Origin: Squalus acanthias
Taxonomy: Eukaryota
DNA: 64,000 nt
NCBI GenBank assembly: GCA_030390025.1
Contig: CM059425.1
Coordinates: forward strand, 170,998,001-171,062,000
Reading direction: 5' to 3'
Numbering within the stretch: position 1 is the stretch's first letter; each line of letters begins with the position of its first letter. Below the pieces are notes generated by a model, which saw only the letters and a list, made by a program, of their open reading frames with translations, did no database searches and was not told where the DNA came from. Below are positions 37,023 through 50,066 of this stretch, one piece after another. A program made the translations under genes and the position numbers.

Positions 37023-40000
37023 ACTAAAAGAATAAAAATAAAATAAAACATGATCAGTTCTAATTCAGTAAACAAATTGTTTTCTATAAATAAGTTGATC
37101 TGAAATAAAAAAAATACTTTCATTGCAGAATTTGCTCTGTAATTAGATGATGGTAAAATTTATGCAAATCAATGTATCCTCATACTGGAGGGAATAATGA
37201 CTGAAGTCATAATCATTGCACAAAAAACCAAGTAAACTGGCCTTGGAACACCTCATTAGGCAGATGTTAAATGACCAGGAAGAACCCAAGCATACAGTAG
37301 CTGCTGCAAATGGACCTCTTTGCTAAATATTCCATACTCTCAATTCCCCACAGTGTGAAATGTGAACTAACCAACAAATGGTCAGTGTGTTCTATTGCTC
37401 AGGAGGGGAAGAAGGACACAGCTGTGCAAGGGAATATAAAAAACTAAATATTCGGCAGTTATTCATTATGCAAGTTTTATAGTGCAGGCTCGAGTGGTAA
37501 AATACTGTCGGCATTTATGTTTGCGGGAAGCGTCAGTGAACACAAATCTTCCCGAGTATCAAGGCAGCCCAACTAAGGCAAATTTATCATTAAAAAATAA
37601 ATCAATGCTACATCTGCAAAACATTTTGAATTTTCAATGCTGGTAAGAATTAAGAGAAAAAGGGGAAGATGAACTCTACACAATCTAAAACAATTGCTTT
37701 AGGGTCTCTATATCTATTATTTGAGTATGGTTTACTGTATATTAAAAAAAACTAATTTTAAATGGCCCTAGGGAGTAGATTATCATCTACATGTGGCTTT
37801 TAAAATCAGAAGTACTAATACACGACCTAGATGCTGTATTTTCATGAAATAGGTCACTTTCACAATATAATTCCTGTTGTTTATTAACAGTTTATCGAGT
37901 GTTCTAAAGGATTGGTTGCAGATGTACAGCACTTGAAAAGTCTTCCTGTCTGGTACAGTGGCAGCCATTAAGTCCATGCCTCTTACATAGATAAATATAA
38001 AGTAAAGATTCTCAAACTGTGGGGGTTGGGGGGGGCGGAGAAAACGCAACATAGATCCACGGCTTTTCACTGGCTGAATGGGCAATTTGCCTCGCAAAGC
38101 TGAAAGCCTGGGCTGCCAAAATTAAGAAATATTGCCTCAATTTGATTTTATTCCACACGAGCTTTGTTGATTAACTAGTTTCTGTTGCTCCAATGAATTA
38201 CACCAGCTTCTGTCTTTGCCATCTAATTTTATCAGAGGTTCAACAAATCATCTTTATTGTGATTTCTCGCACTGAACTGGAACACTGAAGTAAAATTGGG
38301 TTTTTCTTAAATGAATTGCCAGAACCGTTAATCTTTATCTAAGCACTATAATAACTATTTTGTTTACTGTGGCAGTTAAAAATGTTTTCAGCATGCCACT
38401 TGGCAGCCAGCACATGTATTAATAAAAAAAAAACTAACAGAATTACTTGCAATTATTATGAACCCCTTTCTTTTGGATAAAGCTGAAATTTAAACGTATT
38501 TAAAAGGTCTAAATAAGATGCAAGCTGCAGCTTAAAGGTCACCTTGCTGGTGTCCAGATCTACCATCACCCATGCGAGCACTGAACTCCTACAACACTTT
38601 CAGTTCTCTGAAGGAAGTCTCGAGTGGGCTTCGTGAACTAGTTATCAAAAGGTAAGCATTCACTAGGGGACCACCATATCAAACCACACTTTCAAAACTG
38701 TGTTGATGCAGATTGCATTATGCTAAAAAGGTTAGTGGAAAGTTTACTAGAAATAAGTTTATTTTTCCCTCCCCCTCCCCAACAGATAAATACAATGAAT
38801 GTCTGAATCCTCACATATCAATCTTCACAGTTCTCTGCTTAACCTTCATAACTCAGCTGCTGTGGTTAACAGGGAGTTTCTTTTACAGACAGCCTGGGGA
38901 AAAGCAGAAACAAAAGGTGTTCTGGGCAGTTTTACTCTCTCCACTTTGAGTTTTTGTTAAGGTGAGATTTAGCGGGTCTAACTAGCACCTCTGAGAATTC
39001 AAGTGGAAGAATCCCTTCTATTTCATAGCAACACGATGCTTCGAAGACATGCTTTAATTTCCCAGGGCACATAGTTACAGTACACTTCAGAAAAAATGAC
39101 TAGCTCCCACATTTATTTCATAGAAAGATTAAATCCGGTTATGATCTTTTTCTCTCCTCTCTGTCGAAAACCATATACTTTTCAATAAGCTGCTACTACT
39201 GGTTATCAACAAATACACATTTAATTTTATTAAACTAAAAACTTTGCTTCAGCGGTTACACACACTTCATTTCCTTCAGTGGCCATAACCTTTTGTTCTA
39301 GGAGCCTTCCTGTGTTATTAAATTAGTCAGTAAAAGAATTCCCACTTGAGTTTTATTTCTGAAATACAAAAAAAGCAATCCTATATCCACTGGTATAAAA
39401 TCATAATGAATAAGTATTATTAAAATAAAGATTGCCACAACATCTTGTAGCTAAGTCTCTCTTTCTCTCTCTTTTTGCTGCTCCTCCTGTCCTTATGGTT
39501 CCCATGGTTCCCAGTCTGACTACTCACTGGGACATTTCAAACATCCAGACACTCACACTAGGTCTTCTCAGTAAAGGATAAAATTAAATGCTACTGCCAT
39601 TTCCCTCAGCACCCAAGCAACAAGAACTTTAGGGTTAACTGCGGGGTATCTGGCAGAATTACAGTGCCAGGGACAAAATACAAACGACCATACAAGTGAC
39701 AAACTCATCTGACTCCAGACCGAGTCTAACCCTTTCTGGCATTTAAAATTGCGACCTGTTTAAAGGGGTTGACTAGACTCCCTCAGAATCTGTGACAGTG
39801 CAGTCAATTATTTGCCCCATGGTGTCTGATCCTATGGCAGCACAGGGAACATTCCATGGTGTTCAATTCCATGGTGCCCTACATGTCTATCTGTGCAGGA
39901 AGGTCTCGGGGGCTAGGTCAATGTCGATCCAATTTCATGGAAGCCTATTTATTTGCAGCATTTGATTCGTAGACATAAACTTCACAGGGACATGAGGCAG

Positions 40001-40087
40001 TTCTCTTGAATTGTGCACTGGGTTTTCCTTTGGTGGGTGGGGGGGGGGGGGGGGGTGGAGAAGGGGAAAATAGCCTAATTCAGACAC

Positions 40088-40188
40088 TTGGGATCGGACG
40101 AAGGGTCCGCGACCCGAAAGGTTAACTCTGTTTCTCTCTCCACAATGCCACCTGATCTGCTGAGTGTTTCCAGCATTTTCTGTTGTTC
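40088..40188 (+). mobile_element. Short Penelope-like insertion with hammerhead-like core and 10-bp flanking direct repeat
   Basis: CGGACGA-A-GGGTC-CGC-GACCC-GAAA-G-GTTAAC-TCTG. ATTCAGACAC at 40078-40087 and 40189-40198. Confidence 0.65.
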
Positions 40189-41020
40189 ATTCAGACACAT
40201 TTGTGTTTAGTTTGACAAGAAAAAGCGTTCATTTTTCTACTATCAGCAGTTGATTGTGGAGCCTAGCACCTGAACCGGGCCACTCCAGTCCTAAAGCAGA
40301 TGCTGTTAAGTCTAAGCACACAACCTTTCCTAAAAACTACAGCAAAATCTATTTGTTAAGACGTCTTACTGTGTGATTTTAGCTCTTGTGCAATTACAGT
40401 TTGTGCACTGGCATCGATGAAAAAACAATTGTATAAGAAAGAAATAGCTTGCTTTGATATTTCTTCTTAAACAGGATTTGTTGTCTTGTGAATTACTCTT
40501 CACTGGAAGAGTTGCCTGAAGTCCGATTTTTAGGGTTGCACATTCAAGGTCTAAGTTCATATACAGTAAATACTCATCCTCACCAACTGCCATTACGAAT
40601 TGCTGTAGAATACCCTGTTCTCTCACTGAATTGAATAATTCCACATTGTGGGGGCATTACCATTGACTTTCAGGACCTTTAATTGAGGCTCGAAACAACC
40701 ACTTTAAAGTTGCCCTTTGTGCAACTTTGTGGGAAAAAATATTTGCTTTGGAGAAAAGGCAAAACAGCGAAATGTCATTGTTGTAACAGTGACGTTACAT
40801 GGAAGATATCAGACCTGATTTATTGGTGAGTCATATGTTTGTAAAAAAAAGTTAGTCAATACTTTCTTTTATGAAGACTGTGCCTTGGGAGAGTAAAAAC
40901 AGTGGTTTAAAGGTTTTTGATAAATAATGTTCATCTTTCAAAAACAGTAACTTAAGATTGTGTTGTGCAACATCACTCTCAAATTGTTGGGTAAACCAAT
41001 GGAAAAGGGAAAATACTCAC

Positions 41021-41313
41021 AGATGTAGTAATATTCTCGGCCAGGCCTGAATTCAAATCCTAATGAAAATGGAGTAAACAGCTGGAACTTTTCAGAGAAT
41101 TTTAAAGGACCATTGGATGCGTAAGGCCTGTTACACTCCCATCGCTTGAACCCTTTGGAGGTGTGATCGCACGAGCTGTAGCCATCATAATTCACCATGT
41201 AGAGAACATAGCGCTCAGTCTTGTCTTCCGGTACAGAGTCATCATAATGAGGGCAGAAAACATCTAAGTAATCATTGATGCACACTTCAATGTGGAAATC
41301 ACCTTTCAGGAAC
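41021..41313 (-). CDS. EFNA5: Ephrin-A5 coding exon 2 (receptor-binding ephrin domain), 293 bp
   Basis: Minus strand reads tttgcAG|G TTC CTG AAA... and translates to [97 protein letters not shown], ending T|GTGAGT. This closely matches vertebrate ephrin-A5. Confidence 0.97.
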
Positions 41314-44300
41314 CTGCAAAGAAAATGATTATTTTACTTCAACAGATAAACAAGAGCAGTAGGTGTTCTATCACCTCTGTCAACAATTTTTCATGAGAAA
41401 CAGTATCACTTTTAAAAATCTAGGGTTGTAATATTAAAATCTACTTTAAATCACATACATTTAGATCCACATTAGTGTACGCTCTAAGGTGTGCATCTTT
41501 GAGAGTTTTTCACTCAACTCCTCATAATAGAAATGTACAGGACAGGATGAGATAACTTCTGTCCATCTGGTTGGTCCCAGTGATCACTCATTCTAAATCA
41601 TTAAATAGGAAGTATCAAGAGGGCCCATTTTTTGCTGGGTAGGTTTCTTCCATTTTTTTCCTCCCCCTCTTTTCTTCGTCTATTTGGACTGACAACTGTG
41701 CATCCACGAAGTGGTGGGCTGAGTTCTCTCCAGCCACTAGGACATAGCACGGTCCACACAGGTGTACCCTCCAATCTCCGTACCCCCGTTAGAAGATGAT
41801 ACAGCTTCCACCTTTCCATTTGGAACCTCCCTATATAACGCGCCCAAGACCTGAGCACATTGGTGCTTGATCATGACTCCATCCCTCCTCCGTGGCATGA
41901 GCTTTAGTGCAGGACCTTTTTCCAAAAAACAGTTAAAAGGGCTAAAATTAATTTGAACATCCTTCTGTTTACACCTGTATTAAAAATATCTCTGTTTTAA
42001 AAAAAGAAAATGTTGGTAACATCATTTGAAGCACAGGCTTGCAGCAGTCCCCATGCCCAAAGGAACTGATCAACATTGGTGGAGCTACACTCATCGGTCT
42101 TGCTGCTTCACCGATTATGTCACAGAGGCTGCAGTGTTACTGTAGATCTGAGGACTCAGAACAGAATCTACAGAATGTGATGCTTAGTCAGCAGACCCAA
42201 GACATACTGCTTACTGTGCTTAGTAACAAAGGAGTGATGTGTCAGCTTGCATGAATATATGCACAGAGCTTTGCTCCTCGGGGCAGCTAATCTCTAATGT
42301 TATGACTTTATGTTGCAAGTTGGGAGCATCCACTTCCTCCTAATATTCAATACATTAAAATAAATAAGTCTATAAAGTTTTCATGAGGTCTAATGGATCA
42401 CTTAGGCATTTTTAAAATGTGGTTTTGCATGGGGTATTAAACTACAGCTGTTGTGGACACTCAGCAGTTTGAGACTACCTGCTGAAAATGGTCTCACATC
42501 TCTACTTTAGCCCCATTTAGAGTCAGATCACTGAACTGACTCCTAACTTATACTGGCACTTCTTTGTCAATGTACACTCAAAACTCCTTCATATTGACAG
42601 GGAAGTGGCAGTATAACCGCACCCTGGAAATTCTGCATCTGTGTGTGTGATTGTGTCAGTTAGTTAAATGCTCCAAGTTGCTTCCAAAAATGTAATCTGC
42701 TTCTAATGATCCCAGTGACACTGTTTATACAAAAATATCATGAGAACAACACAAAAAATACATTATTGGTTAATCATAATACTCATCAAGAATTAATTTT
42801 TGGAAAGAAATCAGATGGCAACACTAGTTTTTTAAAATTCTAAATACTGGCCATATATATTTGCCGCAGCATTCTTACAAAGTTACTAGTGTGTCTGAAG
42901 TACAAGTATACTGAGAGAGTCCAGTAGTAATCCTGCAAACACTTGTCTGTTATTCATCTGTTTTAAAAAAAGACCACACAGATGCAAAACAAATAGTAAC
43001 AAAAGTACAGTCTATTAATTTTGCAAGTGCTGCATGTATTCAATTTTTGACAATGTCCGAGAACATAAGTAGTAAATCAAATAAAGGGATGCTGAGCCCT
43101 TCTATTCAGTCAGACTTGTATTGAAGTAAAAGTTCACTGGCAATGTCACACCACTGGTACCATCTCTAATTCTGACATCAAGAAGTAAGCCATACGTTAT
43201 TAAAGGAATGCACAACATTAATTATTGTCGTACTGCTTGTCTTTAAACCTCTGAATGAAAGCCAGCCATGAAATTTGGCTTAAGATGCTGACACAACTGC
43301 CTGTGTTAGCAAATAAAGATTCTTAGACGCACACAGCAGGAAGTTTGCCCAACACCACTCCTAAAAGATGGCGCACACGTTACATGTACCTGCTGTCTGG
43401 TATGGCTCATTAGGGATAATTAAACACAAAAGCTCAAACATCTGTGTGATTTCGAAATAGCAAAATGAAATTCCTCAATCCTCCAAGATGTGCATGCTAA
43501 CCATGAAGACAAAGTCCCTCAGCAATTCCTACATATTCAATAATTTGATGGCTACCAGCCAAGATGAAAAATTGAAGTCACCAGACCCATTCTGAACATA
43601 ATTAAACCAACGTCCCCTTTTCTGTCCCCATAAGACACATGAATTTGCTGCCCCCTTGCTGATAACTATTTTTAGTAGTTACAATCTTTGTTGATAACTT
43701 AGAATGAGGTTGGCCCTTCCTCTGCTTGTACATTTGAAGCTATTACAATAATACTTTTAAAAGTTAGAACAGCTATGCAAAGATTACTTGTTGTGCACTG
43801 TACCGTGAAAAAAGTGAATTGAATTTTAATAAAGCATGTTTTGTAGCTGTATTGAAATGTATTTTTAATGGCCGTACAAATGTACCATATGTCCCTGCAC
43901 CACTCATAAGATACACAAAGCATATTGACTGTGCAAGATAACAGGTCAGCAGTTTTTACTGATGATTTTAGAGCTTCATTAGTGATACATTCTCTTTTAC
44001 TTTTAAGCTTGGGGATATGTTCTTGACCTTCTAAATGATTATAGTCTTCCTGCTTAATATATTTTACCCATGTGATGAATATATAGTGGGATTGAGGAAA
44101 TTGTAAAAAATGCATAATAGGGAACAGCGAGATACTCAGTTCTTTCTGAGACTGAGAAACACCCGAGAACTGCTACATTCTGTCTTCTTAGATATGGAAT
44201 AGGCCATGTATTCCACTGTTCCCTATTGTACATTCTTTGTATACACAGGTATGAGTGTATGATATTGTGCTCCCAGAATTCTAAATTCAGATTTGAGCTT

Positions 44301-44602
44301 CATAACTGGAAATAAAGTCAAAATATGATAAAACCGTGTTTCTATACATATGAAAGCACCTCTCAAATTCCACAGAGTGGCACAACAGCAGCGTGTCTGA
44401 ATACACCCAATTTATGGCAGTAGAAGGGGAGGTCGACGTACTTCCAGTCAAAATGTTATTACACTGTTGGTCAAATTTCACATCACACTGGAGTGTGTTA
44501 TCATCTTCGCAATCAACAGGATTCATTAAAAATGCATCATGCAAACATAAATATATTGCATCACTTTTAGATTGGAGTAATTTCCACAATGTTTTAAATT
44601 CT

Positions 44603-45019
44603 GGACCTGGATGCAAAATGAGCAGCAGCAGCCCTAAGTCTGCTCCCAGATATTGCACCATCACCACCACCACCACGTTGTAATAGTGAACCTGCAGCTG
44701 ATAGTCAACTATCAAAATGTGCTCCCGCCAGGTTTCACAATCGTGGTTCAGAACAGGCGTGCTTCACGTAGAAAAAGGATTAAAATCACAAAGGCCTTTC
44801 AAAATGGCATTATAGAGGCAATTTAGTGCTTGTTAAGGGTCTTAACAGCCTATCCCGCCTCTTAAGAGGTGGGACGGAGTCGGGATCAGCAGACACGATT
44901 TAATGAAAATTGTGTGGAGGCGGGATGGAGGCGGGCTTGTGCCCGCCCACCAGTTTTCGCAATTTTAACCCCCCACACGCCTCCAAACCCACCTCCACGG
45001 GTCAATGAAAATTCTGCCC
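44603..45019. mobile_element. Truncated copy of the Harbinger-type MITE at 53203-53954
   Basis: High similarity to 53441-53954. Ends in TGAAAATTCTGCCC; the left part is missing. Confidence 0.8.
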
Positions 45020-46430
45020 ACTGAGTTTGTAAAGCCCGAATCTATCTAGAAACAGTACGTGATAAGGCACCAAAATCTGGAGCACCAGGATGTGAGATAA
45101 ATGGTGGAATCTGATCCACAAACCCTGAGAAAACCGTTACTTCAGAGCCAAAATCCAGACATCGAGTTGAAATAGCAAATTGTCTCCTCCAAAACTTCAG
45201 ACTCATCCCCCTTAAAAATCAATGTTAACACCAGGAAATTAGATTTGGAAGCTTCTCCTTTCCTTCTATAATTTATTTTTAAATAAATACACTGAATGGG
45301 TTTGTTTTATCCCAAAAAAGTAAAATATGATTAAGTGAAATGAGATGGAACCAGAATACAGGCAGTGCTTTATGATTCTCCCCAGCTCAGTATGAAAAAA
45401 ATCCCTTGAATACAGCTGTCAAGATCAGGGAACTGTTAAAAGTGAAATTTATGTATAAAAAGGGTGAGACTGATCACAACCCATTTAAATGCATGGAGTT
45501 GTGTTTATTTTTAAAAGTGAGATACTTCAGAATAGGTGACATTTTTAAATCAAAATGAGTGAGATTCAATCCATACGAGTGAGACTTGGCAAATATGCTT
45601 AAATCCCAATAGATCTGTTTCAGTGGCCTCGGTAGACCCAATTATTCATAGAGTGGCCTTGGACTAGCCACTACTGGGCTATACAACACATAATGGCTAT
45701 TCTAGTGCTTGCTCCTGGTATTTCTTGTTCTTTCTATTCACCATAGCAAGTTGGCCTACCATGAAGCAAAAACATTGACTTTCTGTAATGAAACCAGTGG
45801 TGTAAGAGCCGCTCTGTGCGCTGATCAAAACCACAACTTGGGTTTGCTGACCAAGCACGCAGACACGCACAGCTGCTTCTAGACACTGAAAAAGGAGGAA
45901 GTCTGTGTTAGCATTGTGACCACAATCCATATCTGTCACATCTGTACAAGTGATCTGTTCAGTATTCTCTTGCAGGAGCAGAGGAAGCACAACGCAGCTA
46001 CAGAACACTGCATCAGTGTGAAGGTCCTATCAGTAGCCAAAGCAGCATTTCATTTCTCAAGACAGGGGAAATACTTCTGCTCTCACACCCTAACCTCTTC
46101 AGTTTTCAATTAGAGCACCTTGGACATCAAAAGTTCTGTACACATACATACAAATGGCAAAAATAGGTTAGATATATTACTACAGTGATAGGGTTAATTC
46201 ACAGTCCCGTAACTCCTCCCCATAATACTTTCATCAGAACAAAGCAACGCCAATATAAAGAATACAGAAAGCATTTTTGATACTAAACTGATTAAATCAT
46301 TTGTCGCAAAATTCTTCTCATTTTCTCCTTCCTCTCCAGAAGGGGCTGACTTTGACTGAAGTATGGTTAATAGGCACCTCCTGTATCTTCCCAAATGACC
46401 ATACTTCATACGTATGAACTTGGACAATAA

Positions 46431-47242
46431 GGGGGGAATTTTGCCAGCCCTGGGGAGGCAGGTTTGGAGGCAGGACTTCCGGGAAAATGGCAGAATCTGG
46501 GGGCGGGTGCCTATCCCACCCCAACCCGCCTCCGTGCCATCTTCCCGGGAGGTGGGTACCCGACCCACGCTGGGAGCCGCCTCCCTGAGGCGGGAAGGGG
46601 ATTACAGCCACAAGTAGTTAACAGGCAGTTAAGAGGATTATCCCCATTTTACCCCTGCAAGTGCGGGCTTCCCGACGTCAGGAAACCCCCGCCAGGGTCA
46701 GCGAGGCAAGCAGTGGGTCTGCGGGGGTCGGAGGGGACCAAAAGTGCGCTGTAGAGGTGAGTAATGAATGCAAGTGTGGAGAGGTAAGTATGTGAGGTGA
46801 GTGAAAAGTGATAGAAAAGGTTTACTTACCTTTGTTTCTTCCTGCAGGCTTCAACAGTTGGGGATGCGGAGACTCCTGCATCTCACCGGCAGAGATGGCA
46901 GAATGGCTGCTGCATTGTCCGATGCAACAGCCATCTGATTTCTGCTCAGCAGATAGGTTTGATGAGTCTTGAATACAAGGACTCATCAAACAACAGAGAA
47001 TGTCAGTGTTTGACAGCTTACGATGACAATTCATCTGTCAAAAACTTGACAGATGAAACGTCATACGCTGACGTTCTGTCACCAGCTTTCCCTTAATTGG
47101 CCTGCTAAACCCGCTGGGCGGGCTTAACAAGGTCAATCAAGGGAAAATAGCGTGGGTTGGCCAGAAGTTGATGGAGGCGGGACTAAAATCTGACAAGTGG
47201 GAGTCCCGCCTCCAAAAGCTCCCCATTGGCAAAATCCAGCCC
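46431..47242. mobile_element. PIF/Harbinger-type non-autonomous transposon, 812 bp, TAA TSD
   Basis: TAA|GGGGGGAATTTTGCCA ... TGGCAAAATCCAGCCC|TAA. A 3-bp TAA TSD is characteristic of PIF/Harbinger. Confidence 0.82.
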
Positions 47243-48419
47243 TAAGTGTCAACAAACTATTTATCGGGGATTGTGGGGGGTGGGGGTGAGGGAATCACAG
47301 CCATGCCTGATCCTATCCAGAACCCACAAACACATCTTCATACAGGAGTCACTGGACAGTGAGCAGCAGTGGAAATCTTGACTTCTATTTCCCCTTCCTA
47401 GCTGACAGGAATTGAAGCCAAGTGCACCAGCCCCACTGCTACCCTGGCCAGAGATCAATAGAAAGCACTTTCATTTCAAATGATTGCCAGAATGAGGCCT
47501 GATGGAACAAAGAATTCACAACAGGCTTTTTATTTTTGTTTTCAGATAAACATTATTTTATTTGTGACAGCGTTTCACAGCAAGCATTATTTTGTCAAAG
47601 GACTATTTTTGTTTCCTTAGTTGCTGAAAACAATAAAGGAGGACAATTGAGCTTTAACAAATGTATATCCTGCTGACAAAGTAACAGTACATGAAGGCTC
47701 CATTGCTATGTGTCTGCATCATTATTGGTGCCTAACCCTTCAGGTTTCCCCTCTGCTGGAGGTACTGTCCATTCACAAAGAGATGAAGTCGAGCCCTCTT
47801 TTCAATTACAATTTATGGGGGTTAATTAAAAACTGAACAGGGATGCCAAGCTCGTTGTTAAATTATGATAATTGCGGGTCTCTTTTATGCTACAGATGTT
47901 CAGAGTGAACTGCAGTGACACGTGAATGCAAGGCTGAGAAGTAAACCTGCTCTGCAATTGGTAGATGCCGCTACTGTAGTCAGGTGCTCATTGCTTGTTC
48001 ATTACAGCACAGAGAGGCCTATTACTTGTAATCTTCCTGTTCACCCATTCTCCTGGAACAAGATTCCCTTAAGGTTGCCTGAAATGCCAACCCTGATTGG
48101 ACCACTTCCATTACAATTACACAGCTGAGTAAAATTGGCCCCAAATCAAATGGAGTTCATGAGTCTTAAGATTACTGTTTTACATTAGCTATTACACTTA
48201 CTCAAGAAAGAGCTTTGATTTGCTATTCATGTGATTTATTTTTACACTAAAGTTGTGCACTAGCTACCTGCAACTGCAGGTTTTTCCCCAATTTCAAAAA
48301 CATAAAACAACTTGAATTTATACAGCATCAGTTCTCAGGACATTTGCACAATGTGCTAAATTCACTTTGTGATGTTTAATCCTAGTTTGAATTGTACAAC
48401 ACACTTCATTTATTCAATG

Positions 48420-48875
48420 CACCAAATTTAAAGTCCTTGTCATGGTTTACACATTCCCATCCCACGCGTCCTCTTCAACATACTCCCAAGCTCATCCCAT
48501 TTAACAATCCAGCTCTGGTCTGTGCATTCATCCCTCCCTCCCAAACCACCATTTGAGGCAATTTCTTTTTTTATATTCGTTCATGGGATGTGGACGTCGC
48601 TGGCAAGGCCAGCATTTATTGTCCATTCTAGTTGCCCTCGAGAAGGTCGTCAGCTATCTTGGCCTTACTCTATGAAATTCCATCCCTAAACTCCTCCACC
48701 TTGCTACTTCTCTCTCCATCTTTATTAACCTCCTCAAAGCCTATTTCTTCGACCATGCTTTTAATCATCTCTCCTAACTCTGCTACTACTGCTCAACATC
48801 CAGTTCTCCTCTGTGAAATGCCTTAGGGGTGTTTACTATGTTAAAGGTGATATATAAATGCAGGTTTCTGTTGTT
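48420..48875 (+). mobile_element. L2-like 3' fragment containing a short antisense LINE/SINE-tail insertion (about 48566-48647)
   Basis: L2-type tail GTGAAATGCCTT...TTAAAGGTGATATATAAATGCA. The insert matches the tail shared by 515-600 and 62840-62913. Confidence 0.65.
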
Positions 48876-48974
48876 ATACAGTTCCAAGAAACCCTGGTTA
48901 CTACTCTGGCAATAGAGTATTATCTGTAACCAACTACAAATTATCATTCCTTAATAACATGGTACTGATAACAT

Positions 48975-49165
48975 CACAAAAAATACCACCAAAAACAGAT
49001 TAACTGCTCACTCATCCCACTGTTCTTTCTTGGATCTTTGTGCATAAAATGGCTGCTGTTTGTCTGCATAACAACAGTCGTTGCATTTCAAAGTAATTTA
49101 TTGCAAGTGAAGTGCTTCAAGACACTTCTGAGGTGCTTTCTGAATGCTAGTCTTTCTTTCTCTTT
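48975..49165 (+). mobile_element. Degraded DeuSINE-like 3' half
   Basis: Similar to 15650-15835 (AAAACAGATT...AACAGT..TTGCATTTCAAAGTAATT..TTG...GTGAAGTGCTT). Confidence 0.5.
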
Positions 49166-49291
49166 ATAGTGTCACTGTCATTACACATCAGTGACATGGA
49201 GCGGGCCAACTGTCAGCACAAAAATAAACTAAGAATTGAATGAAGCTTTTCCATAAGATGTACAGAATACATATTATAAAAACAACCAATA

Positions 49292-49412
49292 CAGGTTGAG
49301 CATCCAAAATCCGGAGTTCCAGAATCCAGAATGTTCCGGAATCCGGACTCTGGGACGATTGGTGGCAGGGTCGTCCGGAATCCGGAACTCCGGATTTTGG
49401 ACGCTCAACCTG
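49292..49412. mobile_element. Tc1/mariner-pogo (Tigger-like) MITE, 121 bp, TA TSD
   Basis: TA|CAGGTTGAGCATCCAAAATCCGGAGTTCC ... GGAACTCCGGATTTTGGACGCTCAACCTG|TA. Confidence 0.9.
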
Positions 49413-49509
49413 TACTTCAAAAAGCCATTAACTTTTGTTGTCCTTTTTTGAAAAATCCTATGAAAAATGCGAGTGATGCAATAAAACTTTAGTGTTGTGT
49501 TTTATCCTC

Positions 49510-49852
49510 CTTAATCTGCACAGCTCCACTAAGTGTTTCCGCCAGGCTGCGGCCACGGCACCACGCCGCCCTGGTGGCCTAGTGTGGGCCATCGGATGCT
49601 CTGCAGAGCTCGCAGTGTCCCTCCCCTTTAACAGTAGGGGAGGGGCGGAGAAACGCGTTAGCGCTACATGGAGCGGCCCAGGCATTTCCGGACTCGGAAC
49701 ATGTTTCTGATGTCCGAAGTCCGGAAACGCCCAAGCCCAGGTTGTGATATTTCCGGACTTCGGACATCAGAAACACGCTCCGACGTCCGGAAAAACACGA
49801 AAACCGGCTCGGCCTCAATCCCGAGGTTGCCAGATTCAGGACGCTCAACCTG
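49510..49852. mobile_element. Related Tigger-like element with a right TIR only
   Basis: Ends GGACGCTCAACCTG|TA. Rich in TCCGGA. Contains a perfect 26-bp inverted repeat at 49702-49727 and 49750-49775. Confidence 0.7.
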
Positions 49853-49914
49853 TACCATTTAGTGGCTTGAAGTCACTAATCTCAGGGGTCAGAAGAAAAC
49901 TTTTGCTTGATTTA

Positions 49915-50066
49915 GGTGTCGGCCTCGGTGTGGGTGGCACTCTCACCTTAGAGTCAGAAGGTTGTGGATTCAAGTCCCACTCCAGAGACTTCAGCACAAA
50001 AATCTAGGCCTACACTTTAGTGCAGCAATTTCAGAGGTACTGGCATTCGGATGAGACATTAAACCA
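49915..50066 (+). mobile_element. DeuSINE-like 5' head fragment
   Basis: Matches 15378-15550. Confidence 0.7.

Noticed and set aside
40938..41285. ORF-track protein as a complete single-exon gene
   Set aside because: It starts at an internal GTG and runs past the splice donor at 41020. It is exon 2 of EFNA5.
44393..44683. Paralogous small ORFs sharing GPGCK.SSSSPKSAPRY (with 53189-53629)
   Set aside because: The similarity comes from two copies of the same MITE. The upstream parts are unrelated and no domain is recognisable.
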